Shown here piece after piece: positions 26,122 through 36,448 of a DNA stretch of 64,000 nucleotides. Where the stretch lies: contig CACZFM010000011.1 of assembly GCA_902780495.1 (NCBI GenBank), positions 65,983 through 129,982 on the forward strand, in the 5' to 3' direction. The notes beneath the pieces are model-generated. The model saw only the letters and a list, made by a program, of their open reading frames with translations. It had not been told where the DNA came from and searched no databases. The DNA comes from an uncultured Bacteroidales bacterium (lineage in GTDB: Bacteria; Bacteroidota; Bacteroidia; Bacteroidales; Paludibacteraceae). The stretch's first letter is position 1, and each line of letters starts with the position of its first letter. The position numbers and the translations under genes were made by a program.

Positions 26122-27552
26122 TTATTTCGACACGAGCATATATTCCCACGGGCCAAGCGTGATGGTAGCCGTCTCGTCAAATTCGATTTCCTTACCACAA
26201 ATGGATTCATATTCATCGGCAAGTTCCCCCATTTGCACATTGAACGTTTGCTCTTCGGCAGACATGTTCATGAGGGCAATAACCACATTCTCTTTTGCTT
26301 TGCAGCACTCCTTGTGTTTCGCGCAAGCATGTTTGTCGCAACATGGTTTTTCGGCTTTGCAGGCACCTTCTTTGCAGCAATGACGAAACTCGCGTACACA
26401 AGCGAAGATGTTGTCATTGTCGGTCTCTAAGCGGAACATAGGCGCACCTTTTCCGTTGCTATAGAGAGCAGGGTTGGATTTGCGGAAACTATTGAGGTGC
26501 TGGTACATTTTATATTCCGGTGCATTATCCACGCGGTCAATAAGGTCTTTCTCGAAGAATTGCAAGCGATGGTGATTGCCACTGAGTTGGCCGGTGTAAA
26601 TAAGAGGCATACCGGGTACAACATAGGTGAAAGCTGCCATCAGATGTGCTGCATCCCCCATACGTTCGTATTCAGTGCCGTTCCATGAGTTTTCATCGTG
26701 ATTGCTGGTGAAGTTCATACGGATAGCCTTGCAGCAGATGGTAGTGTCCACTTTCTGGAAATAGTTCCATAAGTCGTTGACAGTGCTCTTTCCCTGTGCT
26801 ACGCTATTCATCAAATGATGAAGCGTCCATCCATAGTACATATCAAAAGCCTCTTCCGTAAGTTCCTGCGCTTTGTCTTCATCTTCGGCGAGCGTGAACA
26901 TATCAGGGTGCGATTGACGCAAGTCAGCCATTGCCCAATTCCAAAAATCAGTGGGCACTTCTCCTGCTACATCACAACGGAATCCGTCAATTCCGATGGA
27001 ATCCATCCAGAAATGCATGGCTTGTAACATGGCTTGCCGCATATCTTGATTGTCATAATTCAGTTTGGCGATGTCTGTCCAGTCGTATTGCACCATGAGG
27101 TTTCCAAGACTGTCACGATAGTGCCATCCTTCGTTTTGTGTCCATGCATTGTCGGGTGAAGTGTGATTGGCCACCCAGTCAAGAATGACCTTAAATCCCT
27201 GATTGTGCGCTTCGGCAAGGAAATGCTCAAAGTCTTGACGTGTGCCAAATTCAGGATTGATGGCGCAATAATCCATGATTGAGTAGTAACTGCCAAGCGT
27301 TCCTTTGCGGGTAATCTTTCCAATCGGTTGACAAGGCATAACCCAGATAATGTCAATACCTGCTTCTTTCAATTCCGGTAACAATGCCTCCGCAGCACGG
27401 AACGTGCCTTCGGGAGTAACTTGACGTGTGTTCAGTTCGTAAATAGTGGCATCGTATGCCCATTGAGGATGCGCTGAATGACAGCATTTGTGCTCCTTGC
27501 TGCAACCGACTAATGCCAAAGCAGCAGCCAAGAAAAGAAACATCTTTTTCAT
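26122..27552 (-). CDS. GH13 alpha-amylase family lipoprotein with a Cys/Lys-rich insertion
   Basis: Lipobox LALVGCS. GH13 regions DGFRCDVAG, FTLAEDED and FTSNHD. The insert is HCCKEGACKAEKPCCDKHACAKHKECCK. Confidence 0.88.
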   Translation of the reverse strand: MKKMFLFLAAALALVGCSKEHKCCHSAHPQWAYDATIYELNTRQVTPEGTFRAAEALLPELKEAGIDIIWVMPCQPIGKITRKGTLGSYYSIMDYCAINPEFGTRQDFEHFLAEAHNQGFKVILDWVANHTSPDNAWTQNEGWHYRDSLGNLMVQYDWTDIAKLNYDNQDMRQAMLQAMHFWMDSIGIDGFRCDVAGEVPTDFWNWAMADLRQSHPDMFTLAEDEDKAQELTEEAFDMYYGWTLHHLMNSVAQGKSTVNDLWNYFQKVDTTICCKAIRMNFTSNHDENSWNGTEYERMGDAAHLMAAFTYVVPGMPLIYTGQLSGNHHRLQFFEKDLIDRVDNAPEYKMYQHLNSFRKSNPALYSNGKGAPMFRLETDNDNIFACVREFRHCCKEGACKAEKPCCDKHACAKHKECCKAKENVVIALMNMSAEEQTFNVQMGELADEYESICGKEIEFDETATITLGPWEYMLVSK

Positions 27553-27581
27553 AACATGTTGATTTTAGTTAATATAATGAT

Positions 27582-28643
27582 TTACTTATTGTGATTGATT
27601 TGCAGTAATGCGCCCACCAAATCTTCGCTACGGGCAGAAAGATTGCCGTTCCCGCGAACAACAGCTGTGAGAATACCATCGGTGGGTTTATATTGCATTT
27701 TGTTACCGTCCGCTTTAATAATCTCTGAACCGCTGACTACTCCCAACAATTCACCGGCACCGTCCAACTCAACGGATACAACGTTTGTTGCCTTGTTGCA
27801 GAGATAGTTGTTAGAAGCCAGAAGACGGATATGGACGTATGTCAAATCGCCCACATATTCAGGAAGCAACTCAAGATGAGAGGGGGCATCGGAGGTGACC
27901 AGACAGGCAGCATCTTTCTTCTTCCATTGTTTGAGATATTTGTAATAGGCAAGAGTGGGTTGATAACCGTATTCTAACGGCTCATCAACAAACGTACGCA
28001 GCAATGGAGCGGCCGCAGGGTCGGAAGCCGTAATGAGAATAAATCCAAGCTGATCGCAAATATCCGGTAAGGAAGGATTGGACTCTGCCGAGCATCCAAT
28101 GGCATTACAGCCGATAGGGCGCAACCATTTCAGCCGATAACGAATGGCATCCTTGGGGTTAGTAGGTGCAAATGGTTCTTGCTCTTGCATACGTACCCCG
28201 TGAAGATTCAGTTTCTTTCCATTGAGGATACATGTCTGGTCTGCGAATTCCACTGTGCGTACAGGGAAAAAGACCGTGCGATGACCAATTTCTTTCTCTT
28301 CCAACCAAAGAGAAAATTCAGCACGATAGAGATTGGGGTATTCGGGCGTCCAAGCATGAACGTTTTTCAAATTCACATTGAAAGCAATAGCTTCACCTTG
28401 TTTGTAAGGGCGATTACGGAAATAAAGACGTGTGTTGTCGTAGAAGACTTCCAATTGTAGGCTTATCCCTTTGGCACGCTTACTATGTACCAAACATTCC
28501 ACGGCTACTTTCGCTTTTCCGTTTTCCAGTTGCACGGTTTCAAATTGAATGCCGTTTTCTGCAATTGTGGCAACGGGTTCTTCTGCTGTTATCCAGCTCA
28601 TTCCTGCTATTGCAAGCAGAAGGGTTAGAAAAATCTTTTTCAT
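27582..28643 (-). CDS. GH2-related protein apparently lacking most of the catalytic TIM barrel
   Basis: Signal peptide present. N-terminal part is beta-galactosidase-like (HAWTPEYPNLY, LNGKKLNLHGVRMQE). The C-terminal part resembles the GH2 C-terminal Ig-like domain. Only 353 aa. Confidence 0.55.
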   Translation of the reverse strand: MKKIFLTLLLAIAGMSWITAEEPVATIAENGIQFETVQLENGKAKVAVECLVHSKRAKGISLQLEVFYDNTRLYFRNRPYKQGEAIAFNVNLKNVHAWTPEYPNLYRAEFSLWLEEKEIGHRTVFFPVRTVEFADQTCILNGKKLNLHGVRMQEQEPFAPTNPKDAIRYRLKWLRPIGCNAIGCSAESNPSLPDICDQLGFILITASDPAAAPLLRTFVDEPLEYGYQPTLAYYKYLKQWKKKDAACLVTSDAPSHLELLPEYVGDLTYVHIRLLASNNYLCNKATNVVSVELDGAGELLGVVSGSEIIKADGNKMQYKPTDGILTAVVRGNGNLSARSEDLVGALLQINHNK

Positions 28644-30604
28644 AATTGAAACAGTATTTCGTTATTTCGTGTGATTGTACTAATGTCGGAGGTGGAAATG
28701 CGTACACGAATACGGTCTCCCATATAGATACGCTCGAATTCAAGTGTCGTGGCATCGCTGTAGACAGGTATATATTCGCCATATAGCAATGCCATATTGC
28801 TACGACGGAGACGAATAAGTTCTTGTACTTTCGTCCTGAATGCCAGTTCGTTATCATTCAAATTGTCAAAGCGCACCATTTTTCGGTTGTCGGGGTCGTT
28901 GGCACCGACTTCTGCGTATTCGTCTCCCTGATAAATGCAAGGAACTCCGGGAATTGTGAGATTGAGCATTTCCAAGAGTAATGCCGTATGATATGCTTTT
29001 GGGGCATTCCCTATGCCCACTTCTCGTGTCCATCCTGCCTCTTTGGCATCCTCATTGAAATTGAGTGCTCCGCCTGCCACTGACGCAAAACGGGCCTGAT
29101 CGTGATTGCCGGAAATATTTCCCATCGTATGGTGAGCCCCATACGTGGCAAGCGAAGTAAGAATTGTTTCGTTGATGCTTGCCATAGAACCATCACCCGT
29201 CAAGGCATGAATGGCCGTAAAATAGATGTTGAAATCAAATTGAGCATTTAGCATACCGCTCTTGACGTATGTGTTAATCAGTTCGGGTGACCCGTACGTT
29301 TCTCCAATCATCCAGATATGTCTTCCGGGAAAACGCGTAACTGCCTTATGCGTTAATGTACGCCAATAGCATTCCGGAATATGCTTGCAGGCATCATGGC
29401 GGAAACCGTCTAAATCAAAGTTTTCCAGCCAAAAGAGAGCAGAATCCGTCATCGCCTCATATACTTCTTGGCGCTCCAAATCAAGTGTGGGTAGATGGGT
29501 ATCAAACCAAGTGGTCAAGCGTTGTTCGTCCCACAATTCAAAGTTGCGCGTTCCATCTGGCAAAATGGAATCTGTATGCCAATCGGGATGCTCTATGTAT
29601 ACCGGCGCATCTTTGTGGAGATGGTTAGCCACATAGTCAAGCACTACATTTATTCCGTGATTGTGCGCTGTCGCCAACAATGTCTTGAGTTCGTCATTTG
29701 TGCCAAGTCGCTTGTCTATAACAGTTGTATAGATCGGCCAATAGCCATGGTAACCGGAAAACTTGGTATAGGGCATAGAAGAATTGTATTTGTTTCCGTT
29801 GGGGAACGGATAGCATCCCCATGCCGACCATGGATTTTGGGTAATCGGGCTAATCCAAAGAGTTGTGATGCCAAGTGTGTCGAAGAAGCCCTCATTGATT
29901 TTATTCGTAATGCCACGGAAATCACCGCCTTGGTAATCAACGATATCAAGCACTTCCGGTGAGTTGAGTTTCCGGTTGTTCGTACTGTCTCCATCTTGGA
30001 AGCGGTCAATCAGAATAGAGTAGAGCACTTGCCCTTGGTCATCATGGCGATTAAGTTCCTCTGTGCATAGAACAGGATGACCGTCTTGTAATGGTACTAG
30101 GATGTCGTTGTAGAGTCTCTTCTCGCCACGTGCGTAAACACGCAAGTAACTGCGTCCTATAGGGCAAGTGGGAAGCGATATCTTAATAGAACCATCTTCT
30201 TGTGTAAACAAGGCTGCCGATGAAAGCAGTTGGTTTTGTATGAAGACCAGCACTTGCTCCAATCGGCTTCCGTCAATAGTGGCAATCGTTACCTCTGCAT
30301 CGGTGGCTGAAACGGTAACCAATGCTTGTTGAACCGGCAATTTCGGAAGAACAGGAATGGATATCGTATCATCACCTTTATTGAGGAGGAGAACAGACAA
30401 TGTGTCGCTGTTTGCCAATGTAATCACAGAGTTGGTTTCCCATTGTGGCACATAGTCGGTTAAATAAATGCAAGTAGTGTCGCTCAATAAATGAATAGGC
30501 ATGATAGGAGTTGCATCTGCCACTTTGAGTTCAACAGACCGATTACTGCACCCGATGAGTGCGAGAGTCGTAATACTGATAAATAGAAAAAGTCGGTTTC
30601 GCAT
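28640..30604 (-). CDS. GH13 alpha-amylase family lipoprotein (neopullulanase / cyclomaltodextrinase-like)
   Basis: Lipobox LALIGCS. GGDFRGI, DGFRHDACKH, MIGETYG and GNHDQARF. Confidence 0.88.
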   Translation of the reverse strand: MRNRLFLFISITTLALIGCSNRSVELKVADATPIMPIHLLSDTTCIYLTDYVPQWETNSVITLANSDTLSVLLLNKGDDTISIPVLPKLPVQQALVTVSATDAEVTIATIDGSRLEQVLVFIQNQLLSSAALFTQEDGSIKISLPTCPIGRSYLRVYARGEKRLYNDILVPLQDGHPVLCTEELNRHDDQGQVLYSILIDRFQDGDSTNNRKLNSPEVLDIVDYQGGDFRGITNKINEGFFDTLGITTLWISPITQNPWSAWGCYPFPNGNKYNSSMPYTKFSGYHGYWPIYTTVIDKRLGTNDELKTLLATAHNHGINVVLDYVANHLHKDAPVYIEHPDWHTDSILPDGTRNFELWDEQRLTTWFDTHLPTLDLERQEVYEAMTDSALFWLENFDLDGFRHDACKHIPECYWRTLTHKAVTRFPGRHIWMIGETYGSPELINTYVKSGMLNAQFDFNIYFTAIHALTGDGSMASINETILTSLATYGAHHTMGNISGNHDQARFASVAGGALNFNEDAKEAGWTREVGIGNAPKAYHTALLLEMLNLTIPGVPCIYQGDEYAEVGANDPDNRKMVRFDNLNDNELAFRTKVQELIRLRRSNMALLYGEYIPVYSDATTLEFERIYMGDRIRVRISTSDISTITRNNEILFQL

Positions 30605-30615
30605 GGTATTTCTCT

Positions 30616-31512
30616 TTATTTTGTTAGATGGTTATTTCTTTTGTTAACAGGTCGTACTCGATAACCGGATTGACGCAAGGCACTGATTAATCCTTTATCC
30701 CCTCCGAGGTAGATGGCATTCAGTGTGATAAACGTACGGCCGTCTTTCAGATATGATTGCAAACGCTTTACCCATACATTATTGCGTTGGCAATAGACCT
30801 GATAGTCGGAAAAAGACAATGTACTATGATTGTCCGGTGAAAGAATAGTATAAGTCATATCACTGAGTCGCCCCCATCGATACATCTCTGTAAGTATTCG
30901 TTCTTGGCGCACTTCATTTTCGGGGCTGTCAATAATCTTTTTTAGTTCCTCGCATTGGAAATGGAAAGGTTCACGGTCGAAAAGCATATACATTGTTTCG
31001 CCCAAATTATCCAAACCATATACCGGTTTCCCGCTTTCTTGTGCCACTTGCTCGAAGAATGTTTCCATGGATTGTTTTTCGTCATATTGCAACCATCTCC
31101 GCATCAGTTCGGTACGGTACAATTCGGTTAAATACGATGGTTTCATGCGACAAAGTTGGTCCAAACCCATCCCAAGAGATAATTGCAGTGCATCGTTGAT
31201 GGCACGATATTCTTCAACAGTATAAAAATTACTTAGTTTTACAGAGTCCGGCAGGATGGCTGCTTTGCGAAGCGTGGCGATGGCTTCATGGTCTTGGATA
31301 GCAAATTCGGTTATTACTTTATTGCATCGGCCATAGCATTTGAAGACATTGGGTATAGAATCTAAAAAAGTGTAACCAACCAACCGATTGGTAGCCAATA
31401 GATATGATTTAGCACGTGTATTGTTGCCGGATATCTCCCACAATACTTGCGCTTGCAATCTTCCGAAGCAAGGTAATAATGCTAAATATAGGATGACTAT
31501 ATACCGGTTCAT
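30616..31512 (-). CDS. TraB/GumN family protein
   Basis: Signal peptide, plus the N-terminal LWEISGNNTRAKSYLLAT pattern and a length typical of GumN-like proteins. Confidence 0.55.
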   Translation of the reverse strand: MNRYIVILYLALLPCFGRLQAQVLWEISGNNTRAKSYLLATNRLVGYTFLDSIPNVFKCYGRCNKVITEFAIQDHEAIATLRKAAILPDSVKLSNFYTVEEYRAINDALQLSLGMGLDQLCRMKPSYLTELYRTELMRRWLQYDEKQSMETFFEQVAQESGKPVYGLDNLGETMYMLFDREPFHFQCEELKKIIDSPENEVRQERILTEMYRWGRLSDMTYTILSPDNHSTLSFSDYQVYCQRNNVWVKRLQSYLKDGRTFITLNAIYLGGDKGLISALRQSGYRVRPVNKRNNHLTK

Positions 31513-32153
31513 TTCTCTATTTGTTGTTCATAATAGCGGCACCAAGGCTTTATCCCGCATTTTTCACATTGTGGTTTGCGGGCAAGGCATACATACCGGC
31601 CGTGCAACAGAAGCCAATGATGTGCTTTAGGGATGTCGGCTTTATGTATGTATTTTACAAGTGTATCTTCTGTTTGGCGAGGAGTTTTGCTATGGGTTGT
31701 TAGTCCCAATCGTTCGGAAACACGGAAGATATGTGTATCTACAGCCATAGTCGGTTGATTCCAAATCACGGCACAAACCACATTGGCTGTTTTTCGTCCT
31801 ACTCCGGCAAGGGTCTGTAAATCTTCTATATTATCCGGTATAAGTCCGTTGTACACAGCAACCACTCGTTGGGCCATTTGGATGAGATGTTCTGCTTTCG
31901 AACGGGGATAACTGACAGACTTTACGAATTCGAACACATCGTCAAAGCCGGCTCTTGCCAGTTTCTCAACGGTCGGAAATGCGGAAAAAAGAGCAGGGGT
32001 TACCTGGTTTACCCGCTTGTCAGTACATTGTGCAGAAAGCATCACTGCCACCAACAATTCATACGGATTATTGTAGTGGAGTTCCGATTCTGCAGTCACT
32101 GCATTTTCCCGAAACCATTGTAGAATATGTTCGTATCGTTCTGCGGTCCGCAT
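31509..32153 (-). CDS. nth: endonuclease III
   Basis: LVAVMLSAQCTD, LAGVGRKTANVV and the CxxxxxxCxxCxxxxxC cluster CLARKPQCEKCGIKPWC. Start set at 32153, directly after the upstream stop. Confidence 0.9.
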   Translation of the reverse strand: MRTAERYEHILQWFRENAVTAESELHYNNPYELLVAVMLSAQCTDKRVNQVTPALFSAFPTVEKLARAGFDDVFEFVKSVSYPRSKAEHLIQMAQRVVAVYNGLIPDNIEDLQTLAGVGRKTANVVCAVIWNQPTMAVDTHIFRVSERLGLTTHSKTPRQTEDTLVKYIHKADIPKAHHWLLLHGRYVCLARKPQCEKCGIKPWCRYYEQQIEK

Positions 32154-32155
32154 AA

Positions 32156-32620
32156 TTACATGTTTTCTCCCTTGTCTTGATCCATATATGTTTTGCTCAA
32201 AAAGCGCAACAATTGAGTGGCATCTTTCACCACCACATTCGTCTCTTCGGATATTTCTTGTTTTTGCAACCGAAGCATCATCACTTGATAGAGTAACACG
32301 AGACACGCTTCCACATCCGACATCGTGGGGCGATCCGTTTTGGCTTTTAGGATATTGAGTGATGGCTCGATATGCAATATCGTGGCTTTGTAGGGGGCTT
32401 CTGTCGCGAGGAGTTCTTCATGCAAATCTTCCAATTCCGACAGGGCGATTTTTGCCAGTTGCAGATGACCGGATTCCCAAATACCTTCTTGATGCATCAT
32501 TTCGCTTATTTCCATCAACTCTTTACTTTGATAGGCTTGTTCGGGAAAGGCGCGCAGATAATCCTCCAATTGCCAGAGGTACAAAATATATTCGGCTATA
32601 TTGTCGTGTTTGTTTTTCAT
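32156..32620 (-). CDS. conserved hypothetical protein (DUF4924-like)
   Basis: NIAEYILYLWQLEDYLRA resembles the DUF4924 N-terminus as I recall it. Confidence 0.55.
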   Translation of the reverse strand: MKNKHDNIAEYILYLWQLEDYLRAFPEQAYQSKELMEISEMMHQEGIWESGHLQLAKIALSELEDLHEELLATEAPYKATILHIEPSLNILKAKTDRPTMSDVEACLVLLYQVMMLRLQKQEISEETNVVVKDATQLLRFLSKTYMDQDKGENM

Positions 32621-32630
32621 ATTTCGTTAT

Positions 32631-33041
32631 TTATTCATCGTCTTCATCATCATCCGCAAAGTCCGGATAATCATCACTGAGGAAAAATTCTATTTCTCGG
32701 CGGTCTTTTTTAGTGGGGCGGCCTGTTCCTCTATCGCGACCGCTTTTCCCTGCCAGACGTGCCAATTCAAGCAATTCCAATTGGTCAGGTGTAGTAATGT
32801 CGCGCATATATTCCGGCACCAATTTTGCACCAAGTCGGTTCTCGCTTAGGCGCAGAACTTCATAGGTATAGGTGATGGGTCCTTTGCGGACGGAGAAAGT
32901 ATCGCCGATTTTGAAAGTGCGGGATGGTTTCAGTTCCGCACCTTTCATCGTCACACGTCCTTTCTTGCAGGCATCGGCCGCTACGGAGCGTGTCTTGTAG
33001 ATGCGCATGGCAAAAAGATATTTATCCACTCGTTCTTCCAT
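32631..33041 (-). CDS. hslR: S4-domain RNA-binding protein (Hsp15-like) with an acidic tail
   Basis: RVDKYLFAMRIYKTRSVAADACKKGRV matches an S4 domain. C-terminal DDYPDFADDDEDDE. Confidence 0.75.
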   Translation of the reverse strand: MEERVDKYLFAMRIYKTRSVAADACKKGRVTMKGAELKPSRTFKIGDTFSVRKGPITYTYEVLRLSENRLGAKLVPEYMRDITTPDQLELLELARLAGKSGRDRGTGRPTKKDRREIEFFLSDDYPDFADDDEDDE

Positions 33042-33045
33042 CGTT

Positions 33046-35019
33046 TTATTCTACAGTCAGCCGGTTGTCCATCATTCGTGAAAGGTATTGCTGTACGTAT
33101 GCCTTTAGATACAATACCATCTTATCTGTTTCTTGCGGATATGTATCAATCTTATGTAACCCTCCGTTTTCATCGGTCGTCCGCAGGTCGTACACGTTCA
33201 ATATATGCCCGTTTTGATCGACTTGCACCATCAGACTATCGGAAAATACTTGATAAACGGGTTCGTTATACACTACGACATACGGATTTTCTTTGGCTTT
33301 TGTCAGTGCATCTTCACCGAAACTGTTGAATGCCTCGTCGTATCCTAAATAGGCGAGAATAGAAGGTTCTATGTCGGCTTGGCACACGGGATAAGTGTCA
33401 ATCAACCGTCCGTTATTTTCTTTGCTTGGGTCAAAGAAGACGATGGGCACTTCATACACACCTTTGTCGTTCCTGTATTCTTGGTGCGTCAGTTCGTTAG
33501 TATGGTCTGCCACCAGAACAAAGAGTGTGTTGGCATACCACGGCTGTTGCTTGGCGGTTTCAAAGAAACGGCGCAAAGCCATATCCACGTATCCGATGCA
33601 ATGATGGATAGGGGCTGTCCCTTCAGGGAAAACACCTTCATAACGGGCGGGTACATGGAAAGGATGATGACTTGTTGCTGTGAAGACGGAAGTCATAAAC
33701 GGCTCTTTCATTTCGCTCATCGTTAGGGCATAGTATTGCAGGAACTCTTCGTCCCATATTGCCCAAGTACCATCGTAATCGGCATCATTGCCGTATTCGC
33801 TTTTCCCGTAGTATTTTTGGAATCCGCATGAGCGTGAGAAAGCCAGAAAACCCATCGAACCATTAGGCGCACCATGGAAGAAACCTGTCTCATACCCTTT
33901 TTGTCCGAGATAAAGGGCGATGGAAGACACTTCATTGGTCGAGTAGGGTGTCAGAATATAGGGCGTGCCGATACGGGGAATACTGGCGAGTACCGATGGC
34001 ATTGCATCAATGGATTTCCTACCGCTCGAGTATGAATATTGGTAGGTCACGGATTGGGCAATCAGCGAATCAAGAAATGGCGTATAGCCTTGATATGTCC
34101 CGCCATCCAGATTCTTGTTATAGAATCCGATATATTCTTTTGACATGCTTTCCAGAATCAGGATTACCACATTCTTGGGCGTAAACACAGCGGTGGTATC
34201 GGCAGGATGGTAAGGGGTCATTATTGCGGTCATTTCCTCATCGGACATGAAATTCGGGCGCATATATGCTTTTCCTTCTGTAGACCGCATCAGGCAGAAT
34301 GGCGTATTGAGTACAATGTTTGTTTCTGCCGGTGTATTAGTGTATTGCAGCGCATTGCTGAGCGTAATGGGACGGGTGTACGAACCAAAACCGCTACGGA
34401 TGCCGATGACTACAAAATAAATACTTAATGCAAAGAGTAGTGCGCCGTGCAGATAGAACCAAACGGCACTTTTCACATCCTTTCGTTCCGTCATCTTTTC
34501 TTGCAATGGGGTGGCAACACAACGATGGCGGGAGAATAGTATCATGGCTGCTAGCATGGCAATGCCGAAAAGGGTGACATACCAATACTGCAATGCGGCT
34601 TGTGCGGCAATAGTCCCGAGGTTGTCGTCATTTTGAAACTCGGCGAAAAACGCCATCGTTGTCCGGCGGGCGGAAAAGCGGACATACACCATATCCACGC
34701 AGTTGGCGATAATGCCCAGACCATTGGGAATCAAGTAGAACCATTGTGCCACCCTTTGATATACTCTTTCTGTCCGCCACGGAAGGGGCAGGAACATCAG
34801 AGCCATATACACCGAATTGAGGTAGAATAGTGCCGTAATGTCAAAACGCAGTCCGCCAATCATCATCTCAAGCAGATGTCCGGTCGTCACATTGGGATAT
34901 AGGTCCAAACTGATTAGGTAATAGAACAACCGGCAGATGGTATAGATAAGCAGTATGAGCGCGATGTTTTGTACGCCCATTGCCCAAGGAGAGTTGATTA
35001 TTTTTTTCAGGTTGTTCAT
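33046..35019 (-). CDS. LTA-synthase / sulfatase-family membrane protein (phosphoglycerol-transferase-like)
   Basis: N-terminal polytopic region plus an alkaline-phosphatase-superfamily domain ([16 protein letters not shown]). Confidence 0.8.
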   Translation of the reverse strand: MNNLKKIINSPWAMGVQNIALILLIYTICRLFYYLISLDLYPNVTTGHLLEMMIGGLRFDITALFYLNSVYMALMFLPLPWRTERVYQRVAQWFYLIPNGLGIIANCVDMVYVRFSARRTTMAFFAEFQNDDNLGTIAAQAALQYWYVTLFGIAMLAAMILFSRHRCVATPLQEKMTERKDVKSAVWFYLHGALLFALSIYFVVIGIRSGFGSYTRPITLSNALQYTNTPAETNIVLNTPFCLMRSTEGKAYMRPNFMSDEEMTAIMTPYHPADTTAVFTPKNVVILILESMSKEYIGFYNKNLDGGTYQGYTPFLDSLIAQSVTYQYSYSSGRKSIDAMPSVLASIPRIGTPYILTPYSTNEVSSIALYLGQKGYETGFFHGAPNGSMGFLAFSRSCGFQKYYGKSEYGNDADYDGTWAIWDEEFLQYYALTMSEMKEPFMTSVFTATSHHPFHVPARYEGVFPEGTAPIHHCIGYVDMALRRFFETAKQQPWYANTLFVLVADHTNELTHQEYRNDKGVYEVPIVFFDPSKENNGRLIDTYPVCQADIEPSILAYLGYDEAFNSFGEDALTKAKENPYVVVYNEPVYQVFSDSLMVQVDQNGHILNVYDLRTTDENGGLHKIDTYPQETDKMVLYLKAYVQQYLSRMMDNRLTVE

Positions 35020-35582
35020 TTTCCGTTGTATTGATTCATGGTTCTTTCGATGCCGGCGAGGCAGAAACTGGGTATGATTTCTTTCACGAGATTCAGTTTT
35101 TCTGGTATCTGTTGTATTTCTTCATCGGTCCATTCTCCCAGCACGAAATTGATTTGTGCACCACGCGAGTATTCGTTGCCTATACCGAATCGCACGCGCG
35201 CGTATAAAGAAGTACCCAGCACCTGTTCGATATGTTTCAATCCGTTGTGTCCGCCGGCACTGCCTTGTTTGCGGATGCGGATAGTGCCAAAGGGTAGATT
35301 CAAATCGTCCACCAACACCAACAGGTTTTCTACGGGTATTTTCTCTTCGTTCATCCAGTAGCGCACAGCGTTGCCGCTCAGGTTCATAAAAGTAGAAGGC
35401 TTAAGCAGCACCAGTTCGGCATTCTTCACACGGCATCGTCCGACAAATCCGTAGCGTTTGTCTTCAAATGCAACGTTGGACGCTTCGGCAAAAGCGTCCA
35501 ACATTTTGAATCCTATGTTGTGTCGGGTATTACGGTACTCGTCGCCGATATTGCCGAGCCCGACAATCAGATATCTGTTCAT
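35016..35582 (-). CDS. pth: peptidyl-tRNA hydrolase
   Basis: [21 protein letters not shown] and [10 protein letters not shown]. Confidence 0.93.
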   Translation of the reverse strand: MNRYLIVGLGNIGDEYRNTRHNIGFKMLDAFAEASNVAFEDKRYGFVGRCRVKNAELVLLKPSTFMNLSGNAVRYWMNEEKIPVENLLVLVDDLNLPFGTIRIRKQGSAGGHNGLKHIEQVLGTSLYARVRFGIGNEYSRGAQINFVLGEWTDEEIQQIPEKLNLVKEIIPSFCLAGIERTMNQYNGK

Positions 35583-35588
35583 TCGTTT

Positions 35589-36161
35589 TTATTCAGCGGC
35601 TTCGGTAGCGGTAGCGCTTGCACGAGTAGTTTTAACTTGTACAACGCACTGGTCTTTTACGCTTGCCAATGTGCAGTTTTCAACGGTGATGTCGCTCACT
35701 GCCATCTTCTTGCCGAGACCGAGGTTGGTTACATCCACTACAACGCGGTCAGGAATTTGGGTATAGATTCCGCGAACTTTCAGTTTGCGCATCTCAAGGC
35801 TTAACTTACCACCGGCTTTCACACCTTCTGCGTGACCGGTCAACTGTACGGGAATTTCCACAACAACGGCTTTCTTCTCATCTACTGCCAGAAAATCAAT
35901 GTGCAGCAGGTTGTCGGTCAGAGGATGGAATTGCAGCTCTTTTACCACTGCCATCATTTTCTTTTCGCCAATCGTCAGGGCTACTGCCATGGTGTCAGGC
36001 GTATAAACCAACTTGCGAACTGCTTCTTTCTCAACAGCGAATGTGATGTTCTCACCCAGACCATACAGGTTGCAGGGAATCAACTCTTGTTTACGAAGTC
36101 CTTTTGCGGCCTTCTTGCCGTACTCTGAACGGAGAGTACCATTCAATTCAAAAACTTTCAT
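35589..36161 (-). CDS. rplY: 50S ribosomal protein L25 / general stress protein Ctc
   Basis: RSEYGKKAAKGLRKQELIPCNLYG N-terminus. 190 aa. Confidence 0.9.
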   Translation of the reverse strand: MKVFELNGTLRSEYGKKAAKGLRKQELIPCNLYGLGENITFAVEKEAVRKLVYTPDTMAVALTIGEKKMMAVVKELQFHPLTDNLLHIDFLAVDEKKAVVVEIPVQLTGHAEGVKAGGKLSLEMRKLKVRGIYTQIPDRVVVDVTNLGLGKKMAVSDITVENCTLASVKDQCVVQVKTTRASATATEAAE

Positions 36162-36294
36162 CTTTCTTGTTTGTTTTGTTACTTTATTCAGACCTTGTTG
36201 CCGGCGGAGTTATCTCTTTGCCGTTTCGTGATGGGTCCTACTTATCATCACAAAAAAAAGCCTTTCGGCAAACTTGCCTTACGGCCATCTTTTG

Positions 36295-36365
36295 TTGCCT
36301 AACGAGGAGTCGAACCTCGCCCCTCAGAACCAAAATCTGATGTACTACCGATATACGATTAGGCA
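36295..36365 (-). tRNA. tRNA-Gln (anticodon UUG)
   Basis: Folded by hand. Acceptor TGCCTAA/TTAGGCA, D-stem GTAT/GTAC with a GG loop, anticodon stem TCAGA/TCTGA with loop TTTTGGT, T-arm CGAGG-TTCGACT-CCTCG. 71 nt, CCA not encoded. Confidence 0.9.
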
Positions 36366-36387
36366 CTGCCTTTTACAAAAGCGGCTG

Positions 36388-36419
36388 CAAAAGTACTGCT
36401 TTTTTTTGATATGACCAAA
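36388..36419 (-). promoter_or_regulatory. Bacteroidetes-type promoter (TTTG, 20 nt, TActTTTG) for tRNA-Gln / rplY / pth
   Basis: Minus strand reads tttggtcatatcaaaaaaaagcagtacttttg. Confidence 0.65.
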
Positions 36420-36448
36420 TATTTCTGTATTTTTTTTCAAAAAACATA

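Noticed and set aside
36240-36294. Terminator after tRNA-Gln (minus strand ggcaagtttgccgaaaggctttttttt).
   Set aside because: The possible stems are only 3-4 bp. The T8 run is suggestive, but the structure is too weak to call, and rplY and pth downstream appear to share the same promoter.
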